From the NCBI GenBank assembly GCA_964576975.1, contig CAZNWM010000002.1, positions 3,811 to 67,810 on the forward strand: DNA of 64,000 nt. The letters are read 5' to 3'. The notes under the pieces were generated by a model that searched no databases, was not told where the DNA came from, and saw only the letters and a list, made by a program, of their open reading frames with translations. Shown piece by piece: positions 38,222 to 46,613 of this stretch; the stretch's first letter is position 1, and every line of letters starts with the position of its first letter. The translations under genes and the position numbers were made by a program. The stretch is from an uncultured Candidatus Planktophila sp. (GTDB lineage: Bacteria > Actinomycetota > Actinomycetes > Nanopelagicales > Nanopelagicaceae).

Positions 38222-38839
38222 TTATTTGCTGGGAAAGCCTGATATTCCACGCCACATCAGATTTTCAACTAATTCGACGGCTTGTTGGCGGCTTAACTTA
38301 CTGTCGCGCTGTAGCCAATGTCGCGCCGTTACTTGTGCGCTTCCAATTAATCCGACACCAAGCAACATAGCAACTTCTTTAGGCAATCCTGTATCAAGAG
38401 AAATAATCGCGCTGACAGCCGCGGCGCAGTCATATGTCATTCGATCGAGTCGTTCAGCAACCGAAGGTTCGACACTCATGTCACTTTCAAAGAGCAAACG
38501 GAAAGCTTCTCCATCGCTTTCGATAAAACCAAAATACGCATCTACAGTTGCTCGTACACGATTGGCATTATCAGGAGTAGATGCAATTGCTTTTTGAATT
38601 TCAAAAACGAGTGAATCAATATGTAGATCCAACACTGCCAAATAGAGATCAAGTTTGGATGGAAAGTGTTGATACAAAACTGGTTTGCTTACTCCAGCGC
38701 GATCTGCAATTTCATCCATTGCGGCTGAGTGGTATCCAGCGGCAGTAAAAACCTCGAGTGCTGCAGAAAGCAGAAGTGCGCGACGCTCATCTCGTGGTAA
38801 GCGAGGCTTGTTATCTCGAAAATTGGCGGAGGTACTCAT
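38222..38839 (-). CDS. TetR/AcrR family regulator
   Basis: GYHSAAMDEIADRAGVSKPVLYQHFPSK HTH; start at ATG 38839 (TTG 38848 also possible). Confidence 0.92.
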   Translation of the reverse strand: MSTSANFRDNKPRLPRDERRALLLSAALEVFTAAGYHSAAMDEIADRAGVSKPVLYQHFPSKLDLYLAVLDLHIDSLVFEIQKAIASTPDNANRVRATVDAYFGFIESDGEAFRLLFESDMSVEPSVAERLDRMTYDCAAAVSAIISLDTGLPKEVAMLLGVGLIGSAQVTARHWLQRDSKLSRQQAVELVENLMWRGISGFPSK

Positions 38840-38932
38840 TGCGGCCAATCGTAGAGGTAAATGCCTTCAAATTGGCAGTGCTCTGGTGAGTACGGCAGAA
38901 TAAGCACATACTCACTCACATTCAGGACGGTT

Positions 38933-40114
38933 ATGAATATCCCACCATTAGTTGAAAAAGGCCCAGCGCTCACTGTTGAAGAAGTGCGCCGCTATAGCCG
39001 TCATCTAATTATTCCTGACGTCGCAATGGCGGGTCAGCAACGTTTAATGAATGCAAAAGTTCTCTGCGTAGGTGCAGGCGGACTTGGTTCACCTGCACTC
39101 ATGTATTTGGCGGCAGCTGGTGTTGGAACATTAGGCATTGTTGAATTCGATACAGTCGATGAATCCAACTTGCAGCGCCAAATTATTCATGGCCAGAGTG
39201 ATATTGGAAAGAGCAAGGCGCTTTCAGCTAAAGAGAAAATCGCAGAAATTAATCCAAATGTAAATGTTGTGGTCCATGAAATTCGACTTGATATAGACAA
39301 TGTCATGGATATTTTTGCACAGTACGATTTAATTGTTGATGGAACAGATAATTTTGCGACTAGATATTTAGTAAATGATGCGTGCGTTTTGTTAAAGAAG
39401 CCTTATGTCTGGGGCTCTATTTATCGCTTTGATGGTCAAGCAAGTGTTTTCTGGGCCGAATATGGACCTTGCTACCGTTGTCTTTATCCTGAACCACCAC
39501 CTCCAGGCATGGTTCCAAGTTGCGCCGAAGGTGGAGTTCTCGGAGTCCTTTGTGCATCTATTGGATCCATTCAAACAACAGAGGCTATTAAGTTAATTAC
39601 TGGAATTGGCGAACCACTTATTGGTCAACTCATGATCTATGACGCCCTTGAAATGACGTATCGCAAAATCAAGGTGCGTAAAGATCCTAAGTGCCCACTA
39701 TGCAGTGAAAAACCTTCTCAAACAGCACTGCTTCCAGATTATGAAGCATTTTGTGGCGTCTTATCTGATGCGGCAGAAGTTGCAGTTAAAGATTCAACAA
39801 TTTCTGTTTCAGAACTCAAAGGCAAAATTGACAATAAAGAAAACTTCTTGCTTATCGATGTTCGTGAACCAAGTGAGTTTGAAATTGTAAGAATTCCTGG
39901 TTCGGTGTTAATTCCTAAGCAAGGTTTTCTTGATGGAAGCGCACTGGCTGGTTTGCCACAAGACAAGCCGATTATTTTGCACTGTAAATCTGGAGTCAGA
40001 TCTGCTGAATGTTTAGCGATACTCAAGAGTGCAGGCTTTGCTGATGCAACGCACGTAAGTGGTGGTGTTGTGGCATGGGCAAAGCAAATAGATACATCAT
40101 TACCGGTGTACTAA
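38933..40114 (+). CDS. moeZ: Adenylyltransferase/sulfurtransferase MoeZ
   Basis: RYSRHLII, GAGGLG, SNLQRQ, CYRC, CAEGGVLG and a C-terminal rhodanese (HCKSGVRS). Confidence 0.95.
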   Translation: MNIPPLVEKGPALTVEEVRRYSRHLIIPDVAMAGQQRLMNAKVLCVGAGGLGSPALMYLAAAGVGTLGIVEFDTVDESNLQRQIIHGQSDIGKSKALSAKEKIAEINPNVNVVVHEIRLDIDNVMDIFAQYDLIVDGTDNFATRYLVNDACVLLKKPYVWGSIYRFDGQASVFWAEYGPCYRCLYPEPPPPGMVPSCAEGGVLGVLCASIGSIQTTEAIKLITGIGEPLIGQLMIYDALEMTYRKIKVRKDPKCPLCSEKPSQTALLPDYEAFCGVLSDAAEVAVKDSTISVSELKGKIDNKENFLLIDVREPSEFEIVRIPGSVLIPKQGFLDGSALAGLPQDKPIILHCKSGVRSAECLAILKSAGFADATHVSGGVVAWAKQIDTSLPVY

Positions 40115-40984
40115 GTGCGAGATAGTTATAAGGGTTTTCGCCTACTTTTAGTTCACGCCCATCCTGATGATGAAACGATTAACAATGGCGCAACAATGGC
40201 TATGTATGCCGATCTTGGCGCCGATGTCACTTTAGTTACCTGTACACGCGGCGAAGAAGGCGAAGTACTTGTCTCTGACTTATCTCACTTAGCAAGCACA
40301 CATACAGACTCGCTTGGGCAGCACCGTGAAATCGAACTCAAAGATGCAATGGATGCGTTAGGAATCAAAGACTTTAGATTCCTTGGAAACGGCGAAGTTA
40401 AATTCAGGGATAGCGGAATGATGGGCACCGAACCAAATAATCGCCCTGATGTTTTCTGGCAAGCAGATCTCGATTCAGCCGCAACACATCTTGTTAAAGT
40501 TATTGAAGAAGTTAAGCCACACGTGCTCGTTACTTACGATGAAATTGGGGGATATGGGCATCCAGATCACATCCAAGCCCACCGCGTTGCGATGCGAGCT
40601 AGCGAATTAGCACAGTGGAAAGTTTCAAAAATCTATTGGAATGCAATGCCGAAATCTGTTCTTGCGCAAGGAATAGAAAAAATGAAAGAAATCGGATCAA
40701 GCTTTTTTGGTGCAGAAAGTGTCGACGATCTTCCATTTGCAAAAGATGACGAACTTGTCACTGCAATGATTGATGGCACTAAGTATGTTGATTTAAAGAT
40801 GAAAGCTATGGCAGCGCATGCAACTCAAATTGAATTAGATGGACCATTTTTTGCCCTATCAAATAATCTTGGACAACAAGTATGGGGACACGAGTACTAC
40901 TCACTAGTGCAAGGTAATAAAGCTGAGCCATTTGATTCACATGGAAGAGAAACTGATTTGTTTGCAGGAGTTAATCCAGCATGA
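40115..40984 (+). CDS. mshB: GlcNAc-Ins deacetylase (mycothiol pathway)
   Basis: VHAHPDDE, CTRGEEGE, DSGMMG, GGYGHPDH and AHATQI. Confidence 0.92.
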   Translation: MRDSYKGFRLLLVHAHPDDETINNGATMAMYADLGADVTLVTCTRGEEGEVLVSDLSHLASTHTDSLGQHREIELKDAMDALGIKDFRFLGNGEVKFRDSGMMGTEPNNRPDVFWQADLDSAATHLVKVIEEVKPHVLVTYDEIGGYGHPDHIQAHRVAMRASELAQWKVSKIYWNAMPKSVLAQGIEKMKEIGSSFFGAESVDDLPFAKDDELVTAMIDGTKYVDLKMKAMAAHATQIELDGPFFALSNNLGQQVWGHEYYSLVQGNKAEPFDSHGRETDLFAGVNPA

Positions 40985-41292
40985 AGATGATTTATTCTGC
41001 TGCACTTGGAGTCATGGCAGGAATTGCTGCGGTCCTGCTGCATATTTTTTATCCACCAGTTGGATTAGTAATTGCGATTTTGGGTTCGGCTACAACAGTC
41101 TGGGCCATCGGTCGCCAATTTGGCTCACGAACATTTAAAATAATTGCATCAATTGCATGGGCGTTAATCCTCTGGAGAGCTTCAACTTTTGGTGTTGGCA
41201 ATGAACTCTTGGTTCAAGGTAATTCAGAAGGAAGCGCTCTAGTTCTTCTTGGGCTTCTTGCACTCTTTATTGTTATTGCACTTCCTGCTTAA
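40981..41292 (+). CDS. Small membrane protein downstream of mshB
   Basis: 103-aa hydrophobic ORF with 3-4 TM segments and an ATGA overlap with mshB. Confidence 0.7.
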   Translation: MKMIYSAALGVMAGIAAVLLHIFYPPVGLVIAILGSATTVWAIGRQFGSRTFKIIASIAWALILWRASTFGVGNELLVQGNSEGSALVLLGLLALFIVIALPA

Positions 41293-42657
41293 CTAACGCC
41301 AACTCCAGTTCTGACCTGTTGCTGAGTCAGATATTTCTAATCCAGCACTTTCAAGAGTCGCCCGCAGTTGATCACTCAACGCCCAATCTTTTGCAGCCCT
41401 TGCAGCCTCACGTTGCTGCAGAAGATTAAGTAATTCATCAGGTAATTCTCGAACTTCTGGTGCACGCGAAAGATCCAGACCTAACACCTGATCAGCGAAA
41501 ACAAATGCATTCGCCTTCTGCTCATCGGTGGCACTCGCATCTTTTTCTAGAGCGCGCAAGTAAGTGATTACACGGGGCGTATCTAAATCATTCTCGAGAT
41601 AAGTAAGTACGGTTGAATCTGTCTGAGCGCTTTTTACAACGCCCCATCCAGAAACTTTGCTCCGCCAACGTTTGATTGTTTCGTGAGCTGCTGAAATAGA
41701 TTGCCACGAAAGATCCATTTGCGATCTATAGCGATTTTCCAAAAAGCACAGGCGCAGAGCAAGTGGATCAAATCCCTTAGCAATTACATCATCGAGTAAC
41801 ACAACATTTCCGGCACTCTTGGACATTTTTCGACCCTCAAATAAAAGGTGCTCACCGTGAACCCAAAGGTCAACACTTTCAACTCCCGTAATCGAGTTGG
41901 ATTGTGCGCGTTCATTTTCATGATGTGGAAAACGCAAATCAATTCCACCCACGTGGATATTTACATGTCCATGCAAAAACTTAAGGGACATCGCAGAACA
42001 TTCAATATGCCAACCGGGAAATCCCGGACCCCAAGGTGATTCCCAAATCATCTCGTTTCGTTCACCAGCTGCTTTCCACAATGCCCAATCAGCATGGAAT
42101 TTCTTTGCACCATCTTCAACGTACTCATAGCGGTGACCAGGTTTAAGCGCATCCAAGCGATTGCCACTTATCTGTCCATAACCGGCAAAGGATTGTGCAT
42201 CAAAGTAAACGCACTTGTCTTCACCAATATATGCCGCACCCTTTTGAATAAGTTCGGAAATCATTTCGTGCATGAGCTCAATAGATTCACTCGCTCGTGG
42301 ATATTTTTTTGCAGGAATAATGTTCAGATTGGCAAGATCGTGATGAAACCGTTCTTCATATTTACGAGCGATTTCAAAAGGATCTATTTTCTCTTTCTTT
42401 GATTGCTCAAGCATTTTGTCCTCTTGAAAATCATCAGACATATGCCCAACATCTGTAATGTTTTGAATCATTTCAACGGAAAACCCACTCAGGGCAATCG
42501 TTCGAGCAATGAGGTCACTTAACAAAAAGGTTCGTAAATTACCAACATGTGCGTCTCGATACACAGTCGGTCCGCAGCAATACATGGTGACGTTCTGATT
42601 GTGCGAGGAGATTTCCTTAGGTTTGCGTGTAAAAGTGTCGTAAATTGATAAAACCAT
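41293..42657 (-). CDS. cysS: Cysteine--tRNA ligase
   Basis: CGPTVY, HVGN (HIGH), DWALWK, GFPGWHIECS, GGIDL.FPHHENE and KMSKS, plus a C-terminal anticodon domain; start ATG 42657 overlaps the GNAT stop. Confidence 0.92.
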   Translation of the reverse strand: MVLSIYDTFTRKPKEISSHNQNVTMYCCGPTVYRDAHVGNLRTFLLSDLIARTIALSGFSVEMIQNITDVGHMSDDFQEDKMLEQSKKEKIDPFEIARKYEERFHHDLANLNIIPAKKYPRASESIELMHEMISELIQKGAAYIGEDKCVYFDAQSFAGYGQISGNRLDALKPGHRYEYVEDGAKKFHADWALWKAAGERNEMIWESPWGPGFPGWHIECSAMSLKFLHGHVNIHVGGIDLRFPHHENERAQSNSITGVESVDLWVHGEHLLFEGRKMSKSAGNVVLLDDVIAKGFDPLALRLCFLENRYRSQMDLSWQSISAAHETIKRWRSKVSGWGVVKSAQTDSTVLTYLENDLDTPRVITYLRALEKDASATDEQKANAFVFADQVLGLDLSRAPEVRELPDELLNLLQQREAARAAKDWALSDQLRATLESAGLEISDSATGQNWSWR

Positions 42658-43613
42658 TAGCAGCAACCATCTGAAAGCAACGTTAAACTTTTTTGATAAG
42701 CGCGATAAACATATTCGTGGTGAAGTTTAAAACCAAGTGATGTATACAGATTAATTGCCGTGAGATTCTGGGAATCAACTTGCAGGACTGATTTATGGAT
42801 TCCAGCTTCTAAGGAACTCTTTAGCAGTGCGTTAACTATCAATTTGCTTACGCCTTGGCCTCGATAATCGAGATGAACAAAAACTCTTGATAGTGCACTC
42901 CAACCATCTGCGTGTGAAGTGCGACCGACTCCAATTAATTTGTCCCCATCAAATACAGATGCGTATAGAGCTGGATATCCCCTCATAAGTTCAGCCACTC
43001 CGTAATCGTCCTGCAAAGCAAGCCATGAATCATCAAAGTGATCTGAAATTTCAGTCTTGAAAGAAGATTGAGCCGACGCAGGGTCTGCAATATCTGCCAC
43101 CATGACATGTGCTCGAACTTTTTCAACCCAACCTAGATCAAATAGTTTCGAATCTAAATCCGCATACGTTGGCAATGGGATTGAAAATGTTGGCACAAGT
43201 CCTGCTTTTTCATAATGTGAAATAACGTGAGAAATAGATCCATCGATATCAATTGGAGGTTCTCCGTAGGGAGCCTTTCCGGTGGGCAGCACCGAGTTAG
43301 CGCGCATTGTGAATTTTCCGGATGATCTAATCAACCAATTACCAAAGAGTTCCTGACGCAGCGGTGGCCACGTTTTCGTTAACACTCGTTCTAACTCTTG
43401 AATTCGAATTGACAGTGGAGCACCGTGCCCAGCTGATTGAATTTTCTCTTCGATGACTTTATAGACCGCAATTCTTTCGACATCAAATTCGATGAGTTCT
43501 CCGTGTCGATTACGAAGTGAGTTTTCAGACTCTAGATAACCAACCAGGTCACGAAATCCGCCTTCGGGATCGTGGAAGCGAATACTTACTCGCGCACCAA
43601 TAGGAGCCTTCAT
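42657..43613 (-). CDS. GNAT acetyltransferase with small N-terminal domain
   Basis: RANSVL, VFVHLDYRGQG (motif A) and LYTSLGF; start placed at ATG 43613. Confidence 0.85.
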   Translation of the reverse strand: MKAPIGARVSIRFHDPEGGFRDLVGYLESENSLRNRHGELIEFDVERIAVYKVIEEKIQSAGHGAPLSIRIQELERVLTKTWPPLRQELFGNWLIRSSGKFTMRANSVLPTGKAPYGEPPIDIDGSISHVISHYEKAGLVPTFSIPLPTYADLDSKLFDLGWVEKVRAHVMVADIADPASAQSSFKTEISDHFDDSWLALQDDYGVAELMRGYPALYASVFDGDKLIGVGRTSHADGWSALSRVFVHLDYRGQGVSKLIVNALLKSSLEAGIHKSVLQVDSQNLTAINLYTSLGFKLHHEYVYRAYQKSLTLLSDGCC

Positions 43614-43744
43614 ATCTGAACCTTCACAGGAGTAACGATAATCGCCCACGCCAAACTCGCGAGTTACAGGGGCTTCGCATTACAATCGCGCTATAGAAAT
43701 GGCTACGTAAGCCGAGTGAAAAGAGTTTCAGGGAGGCTGTTCTC

Positions 43745-44065
43745 GTGACGTATGTGATTGCCCAACCATGTATCGATGTGAAGGATAAGTCCTGCATCGA
43801 AGAGTGCCCAGTGGACTGTATCTATGAAGGCAATCGCATGTTGTACATCCAGCCAGATGAGTGCGTTGATTGCGGCGCGTGCGAGCCAGTCTGTCCGGTT
43901 GAGGCAATTTATTACGAAGATGATGTTCCTGGACCATGGAAAGATTTCCAAAAGGTGAATAGCGAATTCTTCGTCGAACTAGGTTCACCTGGTGGGGCAG
44001 CAAAAGTTGGTCCAACAAATAAAGATCATGCCGACGTTGTAACTGCTCCAGCAAAGAGCGAGTAA
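43745..44065 (+). CDS. fdxA: 7Fe ferredoxin
   Basis: [24 protein letters not shown] and [12 protein letters not shown]; SD GGAGG upstream of the GTG. Confidence 0.95.
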   Translation: MTYVIAQPCIDVKDKSCIEECPVDCIYEGNRMLYIQPDECVDCGACEPVCPVEAIYYEDDVPGPWKDFQKVNSEFFVELGSPGGAAKVGPTNKDHADVVTAPAKSE

Positions 44066-44076
44066 AGGCGCGTGCA

Positions 44077-45144
44077 CTGAAACTTCCAGATTTTCCGTGG
44101 GATGCTTTAGCGCCCTTTGGAGATCTAGCGCGCAAACATGGCGCAGGAATTATTGATCTATCTCAAGGAACTCCAGTTGATCCAACCCCGCAATTTATTC
44201 AGAAATCTTTAGCCGATCATTCCAACTCTCCAAGTTATCCATTAACTGCAGGCACCCAAGAGTTGCGAGATGCAATTAAAAAATGGGCAAGTAATCGCCT
44301 GGGCGTAACAGGAGATTTCGATGTTTTACCACTGATTGGATCTAAAGAATTTGTTGCTTGGCTTCCAACGTTCTTACAATCTAAAAAAGTACTTTTCCCA
44401 AAGGTTGCGTATCCAACTTATAACGTTGGAGCAATCATCGCCGGAGCAGAACCTCACGCCGTAGACATCGATGCGCGCTCTTGGCCAGATTCAGATTTGG
44501 CGTGGATTAATTCACCATCTAACCCAACTGGTCGAGTGCACACAGAGTCTGAGTTAAGGGCAGCTATTAATTACTCTCGTTCGCATAATGCACCACTTGT
44601 GAGTGATGAGTGCTATTTAGAGTTTGGCGATAAAACCCAGCCATCTTCCATTCTCTCTTTCACAGATGGTGATAACTCAAATATCTTGGCGGTTCAATCA
44701 CTATCTAAACGCTCTTCAATGGCTGGATATCGCGGTGCTTTTGTTGTTGGCGATCCTGCCTTGATTAAGAAAATTCTCGAAATTAGAAAACATGCAGGAA
44801 TGATGGTGCCGCTTCCAATTCAGCACGCAATGATTGCTGCCCTGAGCGATGATGCACATGTACAGGAGCAGCGCGCTCGCTATAACCAACGTCGCAAAAC
44901 TTTGGCGCCTGCACTTGTATCTATTGGATTTAAAATCGAGCATTCTGAGGCTGGGCTCTATATCTGGTGCACTCGCGGAGAAGACTCGTGGAAGTCAGTA
45001 GAAGCACTTGCACAGCTTGGAATTTTGGTTACGCCCGGAATCTTCTATGGCAGCGATGGTGCGCAACATGTTCGAATTGCAATGACTGCAACGGATGATG
45101 CAATCGCTGATGCTGCACTTCGCATTAGTTCATCGAAGGCGTAA
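44077..45144 (+). CDS. dapC: N-succinyldiaminopimelate aminotransferase
   Basis: The frame is open upstream of the track ORF with LPDFPWD and DLSQGTPVDPTP; also NSPSNPTG, SDECY and SLSKRSSMAGYR. The only plausible start is CTG 44077. Confidence 0.88.
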   Translation: MKLPDFPWDALAPFGDLARKHGAGIIDLSQGTPVDPTPQFIQKSLADHSNSPSYPLTAGTQELRDAIKKWASNRLGVTGDFDVLPLIGSKEFVAWLPTFLQSKKVLFPKVAYPTYNVGAIIAGAEPHAVDIDARSWPDSDLAWINSPSNPTGRVHTESELRAAINYSRSHNAPLVSDECYLEFGDKTQPSSILSFTDGDNSNILAVQSLSKRSSMAGYRGAFVVGDPALIKKILEIRKHAGMMVPLPIQHAMIAALSDDAHVQEQRARYNQRRKTLAPALVSIGFKIEHSEAGLYIWCTRGEDSWKSVEALAQLGILVTPGIFYGSDGAQHVRIAMTATDDAIADAALRISSSKA

Positions 45145-45147
45145 TAA

Positions 45148-46116
45148 ATGACCCTGGGTATTTTGCTTGTCGGGGGAATGGGCACGCGGCTTATGCCATT
45201 AACTCGAGATACTCCTAAACCAATGCTTCCTATCGCGGGATTGCCAGTAACTGAGCACCAACTAATGGCTGCAAAGCGAGCAGGAATAACAACAATTGTT
45301 TTGGCAACTTCTTACCTCTCAGAAGTCTTTACTCCTTATTTTGGCGATGGATCAAAATGGGGGCTAGATATTCGATACGCCGTTGAAGAAACACCACTTG
45401 GAACTGGCGGTGCAATAAAAAATGCAGCGGCAGCCTTGAATTTAAGGGCTGGTTCAGATGAACCCATTGTAATTTTCAATGGCGATGTACTGAGTTCACA
45501 CAACCTTGCGAAACAAATCCAAGAGCACCTTACTCATAAGGCAGATGTGACTTTGCATTTAACGCATGTAGAAGATGCCAGAGCATATGGATGTGTACCA
45601 GTTGATGAAAATGGTCGCGTAACTGCTTTCCTGGAGAAAATGGATAACCCAATAACCAACACGATTAATGCTGGTTCTTATGTTTTTCACCCATCTGTCA
45701 TAGAAACAATTACTGCCAATACCGTGGTCAGTGTTGAGCGCGATGTATTTCCAGCACTTGTCGCAGCAGGCAAAAAAATCTATGGCTACATCGAAGATGC
45801 CTATTGGTTAGACATTGGAACACCTCGCGCACTCCTTGCCGGTTCTAAGCACCTAGTTGGCGGGGATTTCAAGATAGATCCAACATCAACAATTGCAACA
45901 ACTGCGAAGTTGCAAGATGGATCCAGTGTCGGTGCGGGCTGCTCGATTCACGAGGATGTAGTCATTAGCGGCAGCATTATTTGCGCCGAAGTGGTTATTG
46001 AAGCGGGTTCTGAGATTAGAAATAGCTTTATTGCACCGGGTTCACATATTCCAAAAGATTCGAAAATCATCGGTAATTACTATTCAAATGAGTTAATTTC
46101 GCCCCTCAACCTCTGA
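45148..46116 (+). CDS. NDP-sugar pyrophosphorylase (mannose-1-phosphate guanylyltransferase-like)
   Basis: LVGGMGTRLMPL, PKPML, EETPLGTGG, NGDV and WLDIGTP, followed by a left-handed beta-helix. Confidence 0.9.
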   Translation: MTLGILLVGGMGTRLMPLTRDTPKPMLPIAGLPVTEHQLMAAKRAGITTIVLATSYLSEVFTPYFGDGSKWGLDIRYAVEETPLGTGGAIKNAAAALNLRAGSDEPIVIFNGDVLSSHNLAKQIQEHLTHKADVTLHLTHVEDARAYGCVPVDENGRVTAFLEKMDNPITNTINAGSYVFHPSVIETITANTVVSVERDVFPALVAAGKKIYGYIEDAYWLDIGTPRALLAGSKHLVGGDFKIDPTSTIATTAKLQDGSSVGAGCSIHEDVVISGSIICAEVVIEAGSEIRNSFIAPGSHIPKDSKIIGNYYSNELISPLNL

Positions 46117-46155
46117 ATTAGGTTGATTTCACGCTCAAATACGACTCTCACCGAC

Positions 46156-46184
46156 TTGACTTACAGGGATTACAAGCGTGTAAT
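46156..46184 (+). promoter_or_regulatory. Probable whiB promoter (-35/-10)
   Basis: TTGACT-N17-TGTAAT; SD AAGGAG at 46232-37 before ATG 46248. Confidence 0.6.
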
Positions 46185-46247
46185 TCACCTTTAGTAGGCC
46201 ACATCCACAAGGGATGAAGCCGATGAATTACAAGGAGAATCGACACT

Positions 46248-46574
46248 ATGCCGATCCGCCCACAAGATTCACAGAAACAGGCACCTACTTCCTCTCCTTC
46301 CTCCAATACATTTTCTCAAGGCCCAATCATTCAACTCATCTCAGGTGAGAGCGTTGAGCTGTCATGGCAAGAACGCGCACTCTGCGCACAGACAGATCCA
46401 GAAGCTTTCTTTCCTGAAAAAGGCGGATCAACTCGTGAAGCAAAGCGAGTCTGTCTTTCATGCGATGTGCGTTCACAATGTTTGGAATACGCACTTGCAC
46501 ATGATGAACGTTTCGGAATTTGGGGCGGACTTTCAGAACGCGAACGCCGCCGTCTGAAGCGCCGTCCTGCTTAA
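46248..46574 (+). CDS. whiB: WhiB-family Fe-S transcription regulator (WhiB/WhiB2 ortholog)
   Basis: WQERALCAQTDPEAFFPEKGGSTREAK..C..C......C and GIWGGLSERERR. Confidence 0.96.
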   Translation: MPIRPQDSQKQAPTSSPSSNTFSQGPIIQLISGESVELSWQERALCAQTDPEAFFPEKGGSTREAKRVCLSCDVRSQCLEYALAHDERFGIWGGLSERERRRLKRRPA

Positions 46575-46613
46575 TCGCAGCAAAGGTTTACGAGCGAAAA
46601 GCAGGTTCACGCT

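Noticed and set aside
41293-42657. Possible MshC, given proximity to mshB
   Set aside because: It has CGPTVY and a C-terminal anticodon-binding domain; MshC has CGITPY and lacks that domain.
43656-43713. Palindrome ACTCGCGAGT and small GGCT/AGCC hairpin in the GNAT/fdxA gap
   Set aside because: Short, single occurrence and no family match; could be chance.
43703-44135. Antisense ORFs of 82 and 135 aa over fdxA
   Set aside because: Shadow frames of a strongly conserved gene with no recognisable motifs.
46270-46320. CT-rich low-complexity stretch in the whiB 5' region
   Set aside because: Explained by the Ser/Pro-rich variable N-terminus of WhiB.
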